The notes under the pieces were generated by a model that had not been told where the DNA came from, ran no database searches, and worked only from the letters and a program-made list of their open reading frames with translations. A stretch of 64,000 nt of DNA, taken from assembly GCA_019661785.1 (NCBI GenBank), contig JAIFWP010000003.1:31009-95008 (forward strand). Reading direction: 5' to 3'. The number at the start of each line of letters is the position of its first letter. Positions within the stretch are counted from its first letter, which is position 1. The stretch comes from Candidatus Parcubacteria bacterium. Its GTDB lineage: Bacteria > Patescibacteriota > Minisyncoccia > Phycocordibacterales > Zambryskibacteraceae. A program made the translations under genes and the position numbers. This document shows positions 8,964-18,039 of the stretch, in pieces.

Positions 8964-9713
8964 ATGAAGAAAATAATACTCATAGTACTGGCCCTACTTC
9001 TCATAGTCGGACTAGGGATAGGACTCTCTTTACGACGAGCCGGCGCGCCGACCGTGACACAGGATGAGCTCACAGCCACCTCAACTGCGGCTACGACAAC
9101 TACAGTGGTCTCTCCTTTGCCGAAGCCCACTCCGGGAATCCGGAGTGACAAGGACAGGGCTTGGGACCTCTTTCAAAAGTATCTCCAAGCTGCCAAAGAC
9201 CACGACCTAGCTACAGTGAAGTCTCTCTCCTACCAAGTATCGCCAGACTGCTTTGATGCTGCTAAGACAAAGGAGTGCAACGCTCGCATGGACACGGCCT
9301 ACTACTATGGAAGCGCTATAGAGAAGAGCTCGCTCACGCATGTGGTCGGCGATGCTAAGCAGCTCATACTAGTCGGAGATTATAAGGAAAAGATAGATGA
9401 GGAGGCAATAACCCTGACGAGGCGCATTGTCTATTTTACAAAACAAGATGGGGATATAAAATTCCTCTCCCTGAGCCCGTTTGACGGATTCTTCAAGCTC
9501 ATCGTCGCAGGCTCGGCTGACGCCACCTCAACTACTGAAACTAGGCTCAAGGCTCTCATAGTAGACACAGATATGGATATCGCACCTGATGCCATCGAGA
9601 CCTGTACTGACCCAGGCGCGCCAGCAGATTGTGCAAAAACCGACCCAAATAAAAAAGACTCCAACGGGAACGGATGGTGGGACTCCATAGAAGCGCTATT
9701 CTATAAGAAATAA
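8964..9713 (+). CDS. Hypothetical membrane-anchored extracellular protein
   Basis: N-terminal TM (MKKIILIVLALLLIVGLGIGL) followed by a Thr-rich linker. No known domain recognised. Confidence 0.5.
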   Translation: MKKIILIVLALLLIVGLGIGLSLRRAGAPTVTQDELTATSTAATTTTVVSPLPKPTPGIRSDKDRAWDLFQKYLQAAKDHDLATVKSLSYQVSPDCFDAAKTKECNARMDTAYYYGSAIEKSSLTHVVGDAKQLILVGDYKEKIDEEAITLTRRIVYFTKQDGDIKFLSLSPFDGFFKLIVAGSADATSTTETRLKALIVDTDMDIAPDAIETCTDPGAPADCAKTDPNKKDSNGNGWWDSIEALFYKK

Positions 9714-9739
9714 CGGGAGTAACCCTCTGAGAAGGAACT

Positions 9740-9940
9740 CTAGAGCTCTACTGGGAGCTTCACTGCCCTCGGCTTCTTGAAGAAGTTCAAGAATGCTGCC
9801 CACATAGAGAGCTTTACTGGCTTGTGGCTCTCGGCGTAGCGAGAGAGCACGGCGAACATCTCGCCCTTCTGTCGCGAGGTTAAAGAGACCTTCCTAACCT
9901 TATCTAAACTATTTTCGAACTGTGATTTGTGTATTGTCAT
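9740..9940 (-). CDS. Hypothetical 66 aa protein translationally coupled to the ECF sigma factor (possible anti-sigma or partner)
   Basis: Its ATG immediately follows the TAA of the upstream sigma-factor gene. No TM segment or zinc motif. Confidence 0.4.
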   Translation of the reverse strand: MTIHKSQFENSLDKVRKVSLTSRQKGEMFAVLSRYAESHKPVKLSMWAAFLNFFKKPRAVKLPVEL

Positions 9941-10444
9941 TTATTTTACGTCATAGTGCATAGCCTCTCGTAAGATCCTAAGCCCTCTGTTAATGCGCAC
10001 GGACACAACATTGGCAGACTCCCCTATTATCTCTGCTATCTCCTTGGGCTTAAGTCCTTCTACGCAGCGCAGGTATACCGCGTCGCGGTAGGTCTCGTCC
10101 AAAGCGTTTATCTTCCTCACCAGGTTCTTGGCCTCCGCCTCTATCTCTATGCCGGCGGATGAGGAAAGGAGCTCGTTCTTGTCCTCGGAGCCCTCGATGA
10201 GCATGCTCTCTAAGGAGACTGCCTTCTTCTTCCTATACCAGTCAATGATGAGGTTCCTTGCTACAGCGAAGAGGAAGGCTCTGCAGTTCTTTATCTGCTT
10301 GTCCTTGCAGAGCGTATCCCAGAAGCGCATGAAGGTGTCCTGGGTCAAATCAAGGGCCAAATCATGATCAGAAGTGCGCAAAAGGCAAAATCGAAAGACC
10401 GAGTCGGCCTCTGTTCCATATACTTGTTCGAACTGTTGTTGCAC
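9941..10444 (-). CDS. RNA polymerase sigma factor, ECF subfamily (sigma-70 regions 2 and 4)
   Basis: 167 aa. Region 2 (DLTQDTFMRFW..NCRAFLFAVARNLIIDWYRKK) and a region 4 helix-turn-helix (YRDAVYLRCVEGLKPKEIAEIIGESANVVSVRINRGLRIL). Confidence 0.85.
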   Translation of the reverse strand: MQQQFEQVYGTEADSVFRFCLLRTSDHDLALDLTQDTFMRFWDTLCKDKQIKNCRAFLFAVARNLIIDWYRKKKAVSLESMLIEGSEDKNELLSSSAGIEIEAEAKNLVRKINALDETYRDAVYLRCVEGLKPKEIAEIIGESANVVSVRINRGLRILREAMHYDVK

Positions 10445-10625
10445 TTGGTTCTGAATGGCGATTGAGTCCTTAATCCGCCCAAACAGTCTAGACGGTCGAA
10501 GAGGTCTATTATTACAGGTAAGAGCCCCTCTCTACAAGCGTCATTGGTTGTACAGACAGGGTGTGGCAATAGAGAAGCCTCCACTCTGCTGACACAGCAT
10601 TAGCATTAATTAAATAACAGATAAC

Positions 10626-11318
10626 ATGTCTAGAATTACAAACAGATTTATGAGCATTCCGCTCGGCCTCTCGCTCCTAGCAATGGCAGCGACTGCAAAC
10701 GCACAAGTAGCTCAGCCTATGGTTGGCATCCAGCTCTTGAGCTCAGGACTTACTTCGCCATTGGTTGCATCCTCTACTGGTGCCACCATCGCGCGCCTCG
10801 TCCTCGACACCACAGGATCTCCTGAGGCAGTCAGGATCTCGAGCCTCCCATTCGCACTCTCACTCGGCAACGGCGCAGTAGCCTCGACCCTCACCAACTG
10901 TAGAGTTGCGAACGAGTCGAACTCAGGAGTCAACTTGAGCACCCCAACTGGCTCAACTTCAGGCTTGGTCTCCGGTCTCAACACCGTAACCTTGAGCTCG
11001 CCTCTCGTATTGCAGGCAGGCACCGTTACCACTCTTGACCTCGTCTGCGACCCTTCGGCAGGACTCGTCACTGGCGGTACCTTCACTGTAAGCGTGAACA
11101 CAGCTAACGTAGCAGCTACTGGCAACTCTACTGGTCTCCCAGCAGTCGTTACCGTACGCGGAGCTACTCCAGTAGTTATCCCTCCGGTCATCATCCCTAC
11201 TGTTCCTAACACAGGTGCAGGCGGCGATGCTTCCACGAACGTCGCTCTCCTCTTCGGCGCCATCACCTTGGCAGTCGCAGGTATAGCACTTACCAGGAAG
11301 ACAGCACAGGCTCGCTAA
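10626..11318 (+). CDS. Secreted surface protein with a C-terminal cell-wall sorting signal (VPNTG + hydrophobic segment + RK tail); putative sortase substrate
   Basis: Signal peptide ..AMAATANA|Q, a Ser/Thr/Gly/Val-rich body, and the C-terminus VPNTGAGGDAS-NVALLFGAITLAVAGIAL-TRKTAQAR. Confidence 0.7.
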   Translation: MSRITNRFMSIPLGLSLLAMAATANAQVAQPMVGIQLLSSGLTSPLVASSTGATIARLVLDTTGSPEAVRISSLPFALSLGNGAVASTLTNCRVANESNSGVNLSTPTGSTSGLVSGLNTVTLSSPLVLQAGTVTTLDLVCDPSAGLVTGGTFTVSVNTANVAATGNSTGLPAVVTVRGATPVVIPPVIIPTVPNTGAGGDASTNVALLFGAITLAVAGIALTRKTAQAR

Positions 11319-11397
11319 TAGTAGATTAGCTAAAGCAATGAAAGCGGGCGCCCTTGCTACCAAAATAGAAGGCGCCCGCTTTCGTTATACTACTAAA

Positions 11398-12069
11398 ATG
11401 CAAAGCAACCCCCACAAGTCCTTAGGCATCCTCCTCATAGTCCTTGGAGTTGCCCTAGCGAGCTTCATCATAGTGCGCTCCACTCTCTACGCGCCGGATA
11501 CCGAGCTAGAGCCTCCTATAAACGAGCCCGTAGCCTCGGTCGTGATGGCTACAAGCTCGGTCATTGCGAGCGTCGCTACAGGGACTCCCAAGACCACTCC
11601 TGCTGTGACTGCAGTCCCCTCCCACTACCCTGTGAGACTCTCTGTGCCAAGCGCTAATGTGAATGCTGGTGTCCAGTATGTAGGTATAAAAGCTGACGGC
11701 TCTATGGCCAATCCCTCGAACTTTACCGATGTGGCTTGGTACAAGCGCGGTACAACACCAGGCGAGCCCGGTAGCGCGGTCATTGCGGGACATGTCGACA
11801 ACGCTCTCGCTCTCTCCGGAGTCTTCAAGCATCTTGCCGATACCAAAGTCGGCGACGATGTCTACATAACGCGCAAAGATGGGGTGAAGCTCCACTTCAG
11901 AGTGACCAAGGTAGCCTACTACCCGTACAAGGAAGCGCCCAACCGAGAGATATTCCTCTCTAGCGACGGCAAGGCGCACTTGAACCTAGTAACCTGTGCC
12001 GGCACTTGGATATCCTCCGCCCACTCCTACGACAAGAGGTTGGTGGTCTACACCACGTTAGTGGAATAG
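11398..12069 (+). CDS. Sortase (transpeptidase), membrane-anchored
   Basis: N-terminal TM, then the catalytic His (VIAGHVD), Cys (LNLVTCAG) and Arg (RLVVYTTL). The start is placed after the 12 bp hairpin that follows the substrate gene. Confidence 0.8.
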   Translation: MQSNPHKSLGILLIVLGVALASFIIVRSTLYAPDTELEPPINEPVASVVMATSSVIASVATGTPKTTPAVTAVPSHYPVRLSVPSANVNAGVQYVGIKADGSMANPSNFTDVAWYKRGTTPGEPGSAVIAGHVDNALALSGVFKHLADTKVGDDVYITRKDGVKLHFRVTKVAYYPYKEAPNREIFLSSDGKAHLNLVTCAGTWISSAHSYDKRLVVYTTLVE

Positions 12070-12077
12070 ATAGGGAA

Positions 12078-12120
12078 AGATGAAAGCCCCGCTCCGACCT
12101 AGGTCGGAGCGGGGCTTTTT
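12078..12120. terminator. Bidirectional intrinsic terminator between convergent genes
   Basis: aaaGCCCCGCTCCGACctagGTCGGAGCGGGGCttttt is a 13 bp stem with A-run and T-run flanks. A near-identical copy sits at 57258. Confidence 0.65.
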
Positions 12121-12796
12121 AGTACTCGGCGTTGAGCCGTTGCCAGTTCTCTAAGCCCTTTGGCCAGATTGCTTCGGAGTTCTGCTTGCAAAGCGGGCAC
12201 TCCTCCGGTTTCCAGCGCGGCATGGGGTAGTTCACAAGCGAGACTATCTGCTTGCCTCCCACTTCTTCCAAGCCAGAGCGATTGACGAGACTTGCGACGA
12301 AAGGTACGACCAGGGCTCCTGCGCGCGAAACCGCCTCAGCCATCACCTCGACACTTCCGCCTGAAGTGATGACATCCTCGACGATGAGCACGCATTCGCC
12401 TTTGCGAACTGAGCGCCTCTTGAAGGCCATGGCCGGTTCACCATTCACGATCTCTTTTTCGGCGTATACGTTTCGGCATACAGGTAGGCCACGGCGATTG
12501 GTGACGTGTCGAGACAGATCGTGCGCCAGGGAGACAGCGCCCATCGCAGGACCGACAACGCAATCAATCACCCTGTGATCTAGGTCGTGTCCACGCAGCA
12601 GATTGAGAAGCTCCTGAGTTGCCTGACTCACAAGAGTGGCATCCTCGAGCACCTGCTCGGCGTCGAAGAAGCCATTCGAGTGCATGCCCGACGTCGTGAG
12701 TAAGGCATGTGGCCGCTTGGGGTCTCCATCATGAGCCCAGAACGCTGACATCTTCCGGAACTCGTCTATCCAATACTGTTGGTCGCGAACTCGCAT
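12119..12796 (-). CDS. Phosphoribosyltransferase, orotate phosphoribosyltransferase-like
   Basis: PRPP-binding motif VLIVEDVITSGGS in a 225 aa type-I PRTase fold. Confidence 0.7.
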   Translation of the reverse strand: MRVRDQQYWIDEFRKMSAFWAHDGDPKRPHALLTTSGMHSNGFFDAEQVLEDATLVSQATQELLNLLRGHDLDHRVIDCVVGPAMGAVSLAHDLSRHVTNRRGLPVCRNVYAEKEIVNGEPAMAFKRRSVRKGECVLIVEDVITSGGSVEVMAEAVSRAGALVVPFVASLVNRSGLEEVGGKQIVSLVNYPMPRWKPEECPLCKQNSEAIWPKGLENWQRLNAEY

Positions 12797-12876
12797 CTGA
12801 ACCTCCAGGGTTCGTTAAGGTCTGGCGCTACCTTAGCCCAGCCAGATATTTAAATCAAACGGAAACTAAAACAGAT

Positions 12877-14088
12877 TTACTCTATGAAAGTAAGTGCCTT
12901 ACCCTTCTTCTGTGCACGGCCTGTGCGGCCGATGCGGTGAACATAGTCCTCGTAGGTGGCTGGGAGGTCGAAGTTGATGACGTGAGAGACATCATTGATG
13001 TCGAGACCTCTCGCAGCCACGTCGGTAGCTATGAGAGCCTTGGTCTTGCCCGCCTTAAAGTCGGCGAGAGCCTTCTGTCTCGCGTTCTGGAGCTTGTTGC
13101 CGTGGATGGCCTCAACGGAGACGCCGCTCTCACGGAGGAACTTAGTTAGCCTGTCAGCGCCGTGCTTAGTACGGGTAAAGACGAGTACCTTGTCGAAGTC
13201 CTCTTGTATCAAAAGGTCGAGTAGTATCTCTGCCTTGTTCTCGCCCGGAGCCACGCGGATGACATCTTGGTCGATGTTCTTCGAGGTGTCGCGAGTCTTC
13301 ACTGAGATGCGAGCCGGCATAGTGAGGAAGTCCTTGATGAGCCTCTCTATCTCAGGCGAGAGCGTTGCGGAGAAGAAGAGCGTATGCCTGTCCTTAGGCA
13401 TCTTGTCCATCATGAAGCGCATATCGTTTATGAATCCCATGTCGAGCATCCTGTCGGCCTCGTCGAGGACTACAGTATTGAATTTAGACAGGTCTAGGTT
13501 CCTAGACTCTATGTGGTCCTTCAAGCGGCCGGGCGTGCCAATGACAAAGCTGTGCTTGTGGCGAAGCTCTGATATCTGCTTGCCCATGCCTGCGCCGCCG
13601 ATGCAAACTACAGAGAAGAGTCCTGACCCCTTAGCGAAGGCGCGGAGCTCCTCGTCTATCTGGTATGCAAGCTCGCGGGTAGGGACAACGATGAGCACCT
13701 TGGTCATAGGCGCCTTAAGTATCTTGTCGATGAGCGGTATGAGGAAGGCGGCTGTCTTACCGGTACCAGTGTTCGCAATACCTACGATGTCCTCACCGCG
13801 GAGTATGTGAGGGATGGACTTGTCCTGTATGGGAGTCGGGGTTATGTAGCCCTTCTCCTCGATATTGTTTTTCAAGAGCTCGTCTACGGCAAAGTCCCTG
13901 AACTTGTGCTCAGGTATGTAGACCTCAACCTCCTCAGTGATAACCGCCTTGTTGACGAACTTGGTTATGTCGAAAAAGGACTTCTGTGGGCGTTTGCCGG
14001 CAGGTCGTGAGAATCTATTTGTATGTTGCGATCGACCGTGGAAGGGTCTTCCGCTCTGCGGCCTAAAACCGCGGCTTCTTTCTGGCAT
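12877..14088 (-). CDS. DEAD-box ATP-dependent RNA helicase with an N-terminal Arg/Gly-rich extension
   Basis: Q-motif (TPIQ), motif I (ANTGTGKT), PTRELA, DEAD (VLDEAD), SAT, and HRIGRTGR. Confidence 0.9.
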   Translation of the reverse strand: MPERSRGFRPQSGRPFHGRSQHTNRFSRPAGKRPQKSFFDITKFVNKAVITEEVEVYIPEHKFRDFAVDELLKNNIEEKGYITPTPIQDKSIPHILRGEDIVGIANTGTGKTAAFLIPLIDKILKAPMTKVLIVVPTRELAYQIDEELRAFAKGSGLFSVVCIGGAGMGKQISELRHKHSFVIGTPGRLKDHIESRNLDLSKFNTVVLDEADRMLDMGFINDMRFMMDKMPKDRHTLFFSATLSPEIERLIKDFLTMPARISVKTRDTSKNIDQDVIRVAPGENKAEILLDLLIQEDFDKVLVFTRTKHGADRLTKFLRESGVSVEAIHGNKLQNARQKALADFKAGKTKALIATDVAARGLDINDVSHVINFDLPATYEDYVHRIGRTGRAQKKGKALTFIE

Positions 14089-14159
14089 ATGTGTTAAACC
14101 TCGCTCGTGAGGTTTAAGGCGAGTGCCTAACGTAGTAGATGAATCTAAAACGAAACCTT

Positions 14160-14190
14160 ATGAGTGTTAGTTACTTAGTGAGTATATACC
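14160..14190 (-). promoter_or_regulatory. Candidate sigma70 promoter plus structured 5' UTR hairpin for the DEAD-box helicase
   Basis: Minus strand reads cTTGACAagtaactcctgctggTATATAct. A hairpin aaacctcacgagcgaggttt lies immediately before the ATG. Confidence 0.4.
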
Positions 14191-14211
14191 AGCAGGAGTT
14201 ACTTGTCAAGT

Positions 14212-14883
14212 CTAGTTGCTTGAGATGTTCCACTTCACGCTCTCTGCCATCTGCTCGAGGGTGTCCTCAATCTTGCCTTTGTCGAACTCCTTCACACCGA
14301 GCTCTGGAGGATAATTGCCGATATTCGTCGAGTGGATAGTGTACTCGATAGCGTAACAGTCGCCGTCGAAGATGCCGTGATATACGGTCGAGTCATAGCG
14401 GTTCCCTGCCGCAGCATCACTTTGGTTAAACTTTGTGAATTGGTAACCCGAGATGGTCACTGTGCTCTTGTCAGTAAAGTTGTCATGCACTACGGCGCAG
14501 TTCTTTATCTCAGCGGCATCCGCTGACCTCCCTACGGTGAATCGCGCCTCGGAGAAGTTGGTCCCGGGCATGTAGGACTTGGGTATGCGTATGTCTACCA
14601 AGAGAGTACCCTTGGGTGTCGTAGCATCTACTCTCCACTCTTGGGTAAGGCCTGTGGGAGGAGTCTTTATCTCTGCCTCCGTCGGATGCTTTATGCTCAC
14701 GGTGCCAGTAGGGTCAGTGTAGACCTGCCAGCCTTTGACATTGCCCGTGTCCGTATTGGTCACTCCCCCCTCCACTCCCTGTTGCGTGCTCTCATGGGTG
14801 CTCTTGTGCGTAAATCTGAAGCCATAGTAAACGCCAAAGAAGAGCACTATGAGACCCGCAGTTGTGAGGATGACGTATTTCAT
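14212..14883 (-). CDS. Hypothetical membrane-anchored protein
   Basis: 223 aa with an N-terminal TM segment. No recognised domain. Confidence 0.5.
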   Translation of the reverse strand: MKYVILTTAGLIVLFFGVYYGFRFTHKSTHESTQQGVEGGVTNTDTGNVKGWQVYTDPTGTVSIKHPTEAEIKTPPTGLTQEWRVDATTPKGTLLVDIRIPKSYMPGTNFSEARFTVGRSADAAEIKNCAVVHDNFTDKSTVTISGYQFTKFNQSDAAAGNRYDSTVYHGIFDGDCYAIEYTIHSTNIGNYPPELGVKEFDKGKIEDTLEQMAESVKWNISSN

Positions 14884-15135
14884 ATTTATTTATTGTACTC
14901 TATGGCGCGCTTGGGAACAGGTTCTCCTCCACATCGTCAATGTCTTCCGGCAAGGAAGTTGGCGTATCCTCGGCCTCTCCAGGCCTTGGCAAATCCTGGT
15001 CGAGCTGTTTGTCGCCGTAGAGCTTCTCCGTATTCTTTGGAGAGACTATGGCATTGGCATCAACCTCCGGCTTGTCGTCTTCATTGTTCATCATATTTAA
15101 GACGAAGCGCCTCTGGCGTTATGACCATCACCAGT

Positions 15136-15209
15136 TGGCTGGGAGACAGGGATTCGAACCCCGATTAAAGGCTTCAAAGGCCTCTGTCCTACCATTAGAC
15201 GATCTCCCA
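15136..15209 (-). tRNA. tRNA-Gln (anticodon UUG), CCA encoded
   Basis: Hand-folded cloverleaf: 7 bp acceptor stem, D-arm with GG, anticodon loop CUUUGAA, T-loop UUCGAAU, discriminator G. Confidence 0.85.
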
Positions 15210-15257
15210 ATATATCTAACTTATCAGATTTCCAGCCAATTTAATAGAAAAACTCCG

Positions 15258-15297
15258 AGAGGTATTACCTCTCGGAGTTTTGATTTGTTCGACCAAC
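15258..15297. terminator. Bidirectional intrinsic terminator
   Basis: aaaaaCTCCGAGAGGTattaCCTCTCGGAGtttttg. Confidence 0.6.
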
Positions 15298-15300
15298 TGC

Positions 15301-16653
15301 TCAGGCCCACGCCTTGTTCAAAAGCGTTTCCTCGAGCTTGTCGCGAAGGAGCATGTACACGAGCGGGCTGCGGAGAGCCAGGATCTCGAGTGCGGCCATT
15401 GCTGCATTCGATGGTTCGAGGACAGTCATGACCGGCACCCGGGATGGCGTGCGCAGCGACGACCAGACATCGTCTGGAAAGTCCTTGTAACCAGCTGGCA
15501 CGGTAATCACCGGAATGGTGGTCGAGGCCGACAGAGTCGGACCGGCACCATTCGAGCGACCGATGTAGGCGATAACTACCGCATCGGGTATCTCATGCGT
15601 CAGACGCTGGAGCTCGTCGAGCCCCCTGACCGGCTCCTTGTGAATGGAGCAGACCACCCGTCTGACCTTCACATATTCCCCGGAAGAGATTGCGGCGATG
15701 CCGAATTCACGGATACCATCTATCAGTGGAGCCACATCGTCCTTCGAGGAACCGCACCAGATGATGATCTGCTGAACCGGAAGATTGAATCGGTCCGTTG
15801 CATCGGCGACGCGGCGATACTTCTCTGCCACATCGCTCAGATCGCCGCCTTCACGGTAGACCTGCTTGTCGATGTAGGACCCGTTCTCGAGAACTCGCCA
15901 CGAATCGTTGTCGATGACGTCGGCGAGCAGAAGACCTCCATGCTGGTTCAGGCCAAACTCGACCTTAAAGTCGACGAGCACGCGCCCCTCCAGCTGCCAG
16001 GCCTTCTCGAGGATGAGGAAGGTGCGCCGAGCCATATTGATCATCTTCTCGAAGAGTTTCCACTCCTCCGGATAACCGAACACCTCGTCCTCACGAAGCG
16101 TCAGGAAGGGTTCCTGACCTCGCATTGGCTTGGCCGGATCGTAGAGGGCAATGTTGTCACTGCCGACCACAGGACCCATGAACGGATCGTCGCACGGCAG
16201 ATCATGCTGCTTCCACTTCTTGCCGCTCGTCTTCAGGAAGAACTCCCACACGAGCTTCGGGAAGTGATGTCCCTTGCGCAGGTGCGGCTCCCTCTTGAGA
16301 TACGAGCCGTGCGCTTCGCGCCGGATCACCACTTCGTACGGGAGCATCTTGCACAGCGGGGCGCTGAACGTCGTCTCGTTGACCTGCTCGATGAACGCCA
16401 CCGGAATCCCGCAGGCCCTGAGCAGGCGAAACACGTTGCAGGTTGTACGAGTTGCCCAAGCGCCCTTCCCAGGGATGATGTCGTGCTTGGCGCCGTCGCC
16501 TGCGGTGATATCATCCTTGGAAATGATGTTGACGTCGTCGGTGTCACCTTCGCGCTTGGCAATGATCTTCGTCTTGCCTTCGCTTAGGACCAGACCTCCA
16601 GCACGGGCTGAAGCTTCTGGGCCAGTTGCCACAGTAGTCATGTCTTTTCTCAC
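15301..16653 (-). CDS. Bifunctional SAICAR synthetase (PurC) fused to AIR carboxylase or N5-CAIR mutase (PurE), PAICS-like architecture
   Basis: The N-terminal half carries PurC motifs (KTKIIAK..AGDGAKHD..LVDFKVEFGL). The C-terminal roughly 160 aa carries PurE motifs (IIIWCGSSKDDVAP..SIHKEP..GRSNGAGPTLSASTTIPVITVP). Confidence 0.8.
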   Translation of the reverse strand: MRKDMTTVATGPEASARAGGLVLSEGKTKIIAKREGDTDDVNIISKDDITAGDGAKHDIIPGKGAWATRTTCNVFRLLRACGIPVAFIEQVNETTFSAPLCKMLPYEVVIRREAHGSYLKREPHLRKGHHFPKLVWEFFLKTSGKKWKQHDLPCDDPFMGPVVGSDNIALYDPAKPMRGQEPFLTLREDEVFGYPEEWKLFEKMINMARRTFLILEKAWQLEGRVLVDFKVEFGLNQHGGLLLADVIDNDSWRVLENGSYIDKQVYREGGDLSDVAEKYRRVADATDRFNLPVQQIIIWCGSSKDDVAPLIDGIREFGIAAISSGEYVKVRRVVCSIHKEPVRGLDELQRLTHEIPDAVVIAYIGRSNGAGPTLSASTTIPVITVPAGYKDFPDDVWSSLRTPSRVPVMTVLEPSNAAMAALEILALRSPLVYMLLRDKLEETLLNKAWA

Positions 16654-16811
16654 TCAATGTTCAAGATACGGTGAGCCGTATCAGCTTTTGGGATATCCCA
16701 GTACATCTGGTCGCATACTACTGAAAAAGGGCCCGAAAAACAAGAAACTTAACTGGGTTTGATTTATTGATAAAGAGGGTTAGTATTGCCGGCAGGACAA
16801 CTAGGAGGCCT

Positions 16812-17087
16812 ATGGCAGGAGACATGTACATAACAGAGTGCTGGGTCGACAATAAGCTCGACCCAACGGAATTCGCAAAAGCCTTCGAGGCTCACTTCGA
16901 GGGTGGCAAAGCCGAGGAAAAGCCCATGGTAGTGGATGCGGGAGAGGGTTATCGTCTCTTTCAACTATGGGTAGCCATGGAGAGAGGCGGTGAAGTTCTC
17001 CCCTTCATCGACCAGTACGCGGCAACTCACGGAACGGTGAATGAGCAGAAGCCCTCAGGCACCTTCCCCTTCGCGGCGGGCGCATAA
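16812..17087 (+). CDS. Hypothetical small protein
   Basis: ORF with AGGAGG upstream and a terminator downstream. Confidence 0.45.
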   Translation: MAGDMYITECWVDNKLDPTEFAKAFEAHFEGGKAEEKPMVVDAGEGYRLFQLWVAMERGGEVLPFIDQYAATHGTVNEQKPSGTFPFAAGA

Positions 17088-17118
17088 GCCTCGGACCAAC
17101 GGTCCGAGGCTTTCAGTT
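17088..17118 (+). terminator. Intrinsic terminator
   Basis: GCCTCGGACCaacGGTCCGAGGCtttcagtt. Confidence 0.6.
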
Positions 17119-17134
17119 ATGCATACTTCCGAAT

Positions 17135-17392
17135 TTACCCTGTTGCGAGTTTTATCCAGATAAAGGCGAAGACAGCTACGATGGCTATGCCTGCAATGGT
17201 TCTATATGTGCGGTTAGATATTTTGCTCATTACAAACTTAGTAGTGAGGCTCAAGATTACGAAGAACACCCACGCAAATATAAAGTCTCCTAGTCCCCAG
17301 TTCCATCCGTCTACATACATATTTCCAAAAAGCGGGATGAGCAGTGCGACTGCCGCTACTAGCATGGTCTTTATGATGTATATTCGTGTCAT
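17135..17392 (-). CDS. Small membrane protein (85 aa, 2-3 TM)
   Basis: Hydrophobic ORF whose start overlaps the stop of the upstream gene. Confidence 0.4.
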   Translation of the reverse strand: MTRIYIIKTMLVAAVALLIPLFGNMYVDGWNWGLGDFIFAWVFFVILSLTTKFVMSKISNRTYRTIAGIAIVAVFAFIWIKLATG

Positions 17393-18039
17393 TTCTGTCC
17401 GTACCTTTCTAAGAATTTATCTCTAGATATTTCCACCATCGCGGCGATTTGTCCAGTCTGCTTTATTTCGAAGCCCAGCGCTTCAGCTAGCCTGGGGTAC
17501 TGTTTGGCTATCCAAGTCGCGCCAGTGAGCTTCTCGACATTGGCTAACTTCTCATTGCTCTGCAACTCTTCCGCCAACTTCTTCAGGCCTTGGAAGACAA
17601 GCGTGCGCAGTTCCATAGGATTGTCTGTAATAACCGTCGGGATATGCAACTCAAGATGTGATCCATGTTCCCCGCTTAGTTTATACGCAATAGCCTGATT
17701 AATAGGTTCCAGGTTCAGAGAATCGACGAATCTCTCGCCCACCCTCTGGCCGAAGTCCTCTGCCTCAAAGTGCGATGCTAAGAATTTAATCGTAGTATCT
17801 ACTATAAGGTCCAGTGCATCGCTTTCATCGACTTCCAGAGATTCTAGTTCAGTAGTGAGCTCTGCATAGTCTTTTCCTGCTGGCAATATACCCATAAGCG
17901 AGGAGATGAGGAAGCTCTTGATACTCTCCTCATCCTGTTTCAAGTTGAGTGTCTCCGCTAGCTGTCTGCTTATGATTTTGGCATACAAAGCAAATTTTCT
18001 CTCGTTCTCTTCGTTTAGATTTAATCGTTCTGGATTCAT
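17389..18039 (-). CDS. Hypothetical protein in the dnaX operon (start/stop overlap with dnaX)
   Basis: 216 aa with an ATGA overlap with dnaX. It does not look like YbaB or RecR. Confidence 0.5.
   Translation of the reverse strand: MNPERLNLNEENERKFALYAKIISRQLAETLNLKQDEESIKSFLISSLMGILPAGKDYAELTTELESLEVDESDALDLIVDTTIKFLASHFEAEDFGQRVGERFVDSLNLEPINQAIAYKLSGEHGSHLELHIPTVITDNPMELRTLVFQGLKKLAEELQSNEKLANVEKLTGATWIAKQYPRLAEALGFEIKQTGQIAAMVEISRDKFLERYGQK

Noticed and set aside
14900-15094. 64 aa acidic ORF between a hypothetical gene and tRNA-Gln
   Set aside because: Possible, but it is short and low-complexity (Asp/Glu/Pro-rich) with no RBS. It is not listed as a feature.
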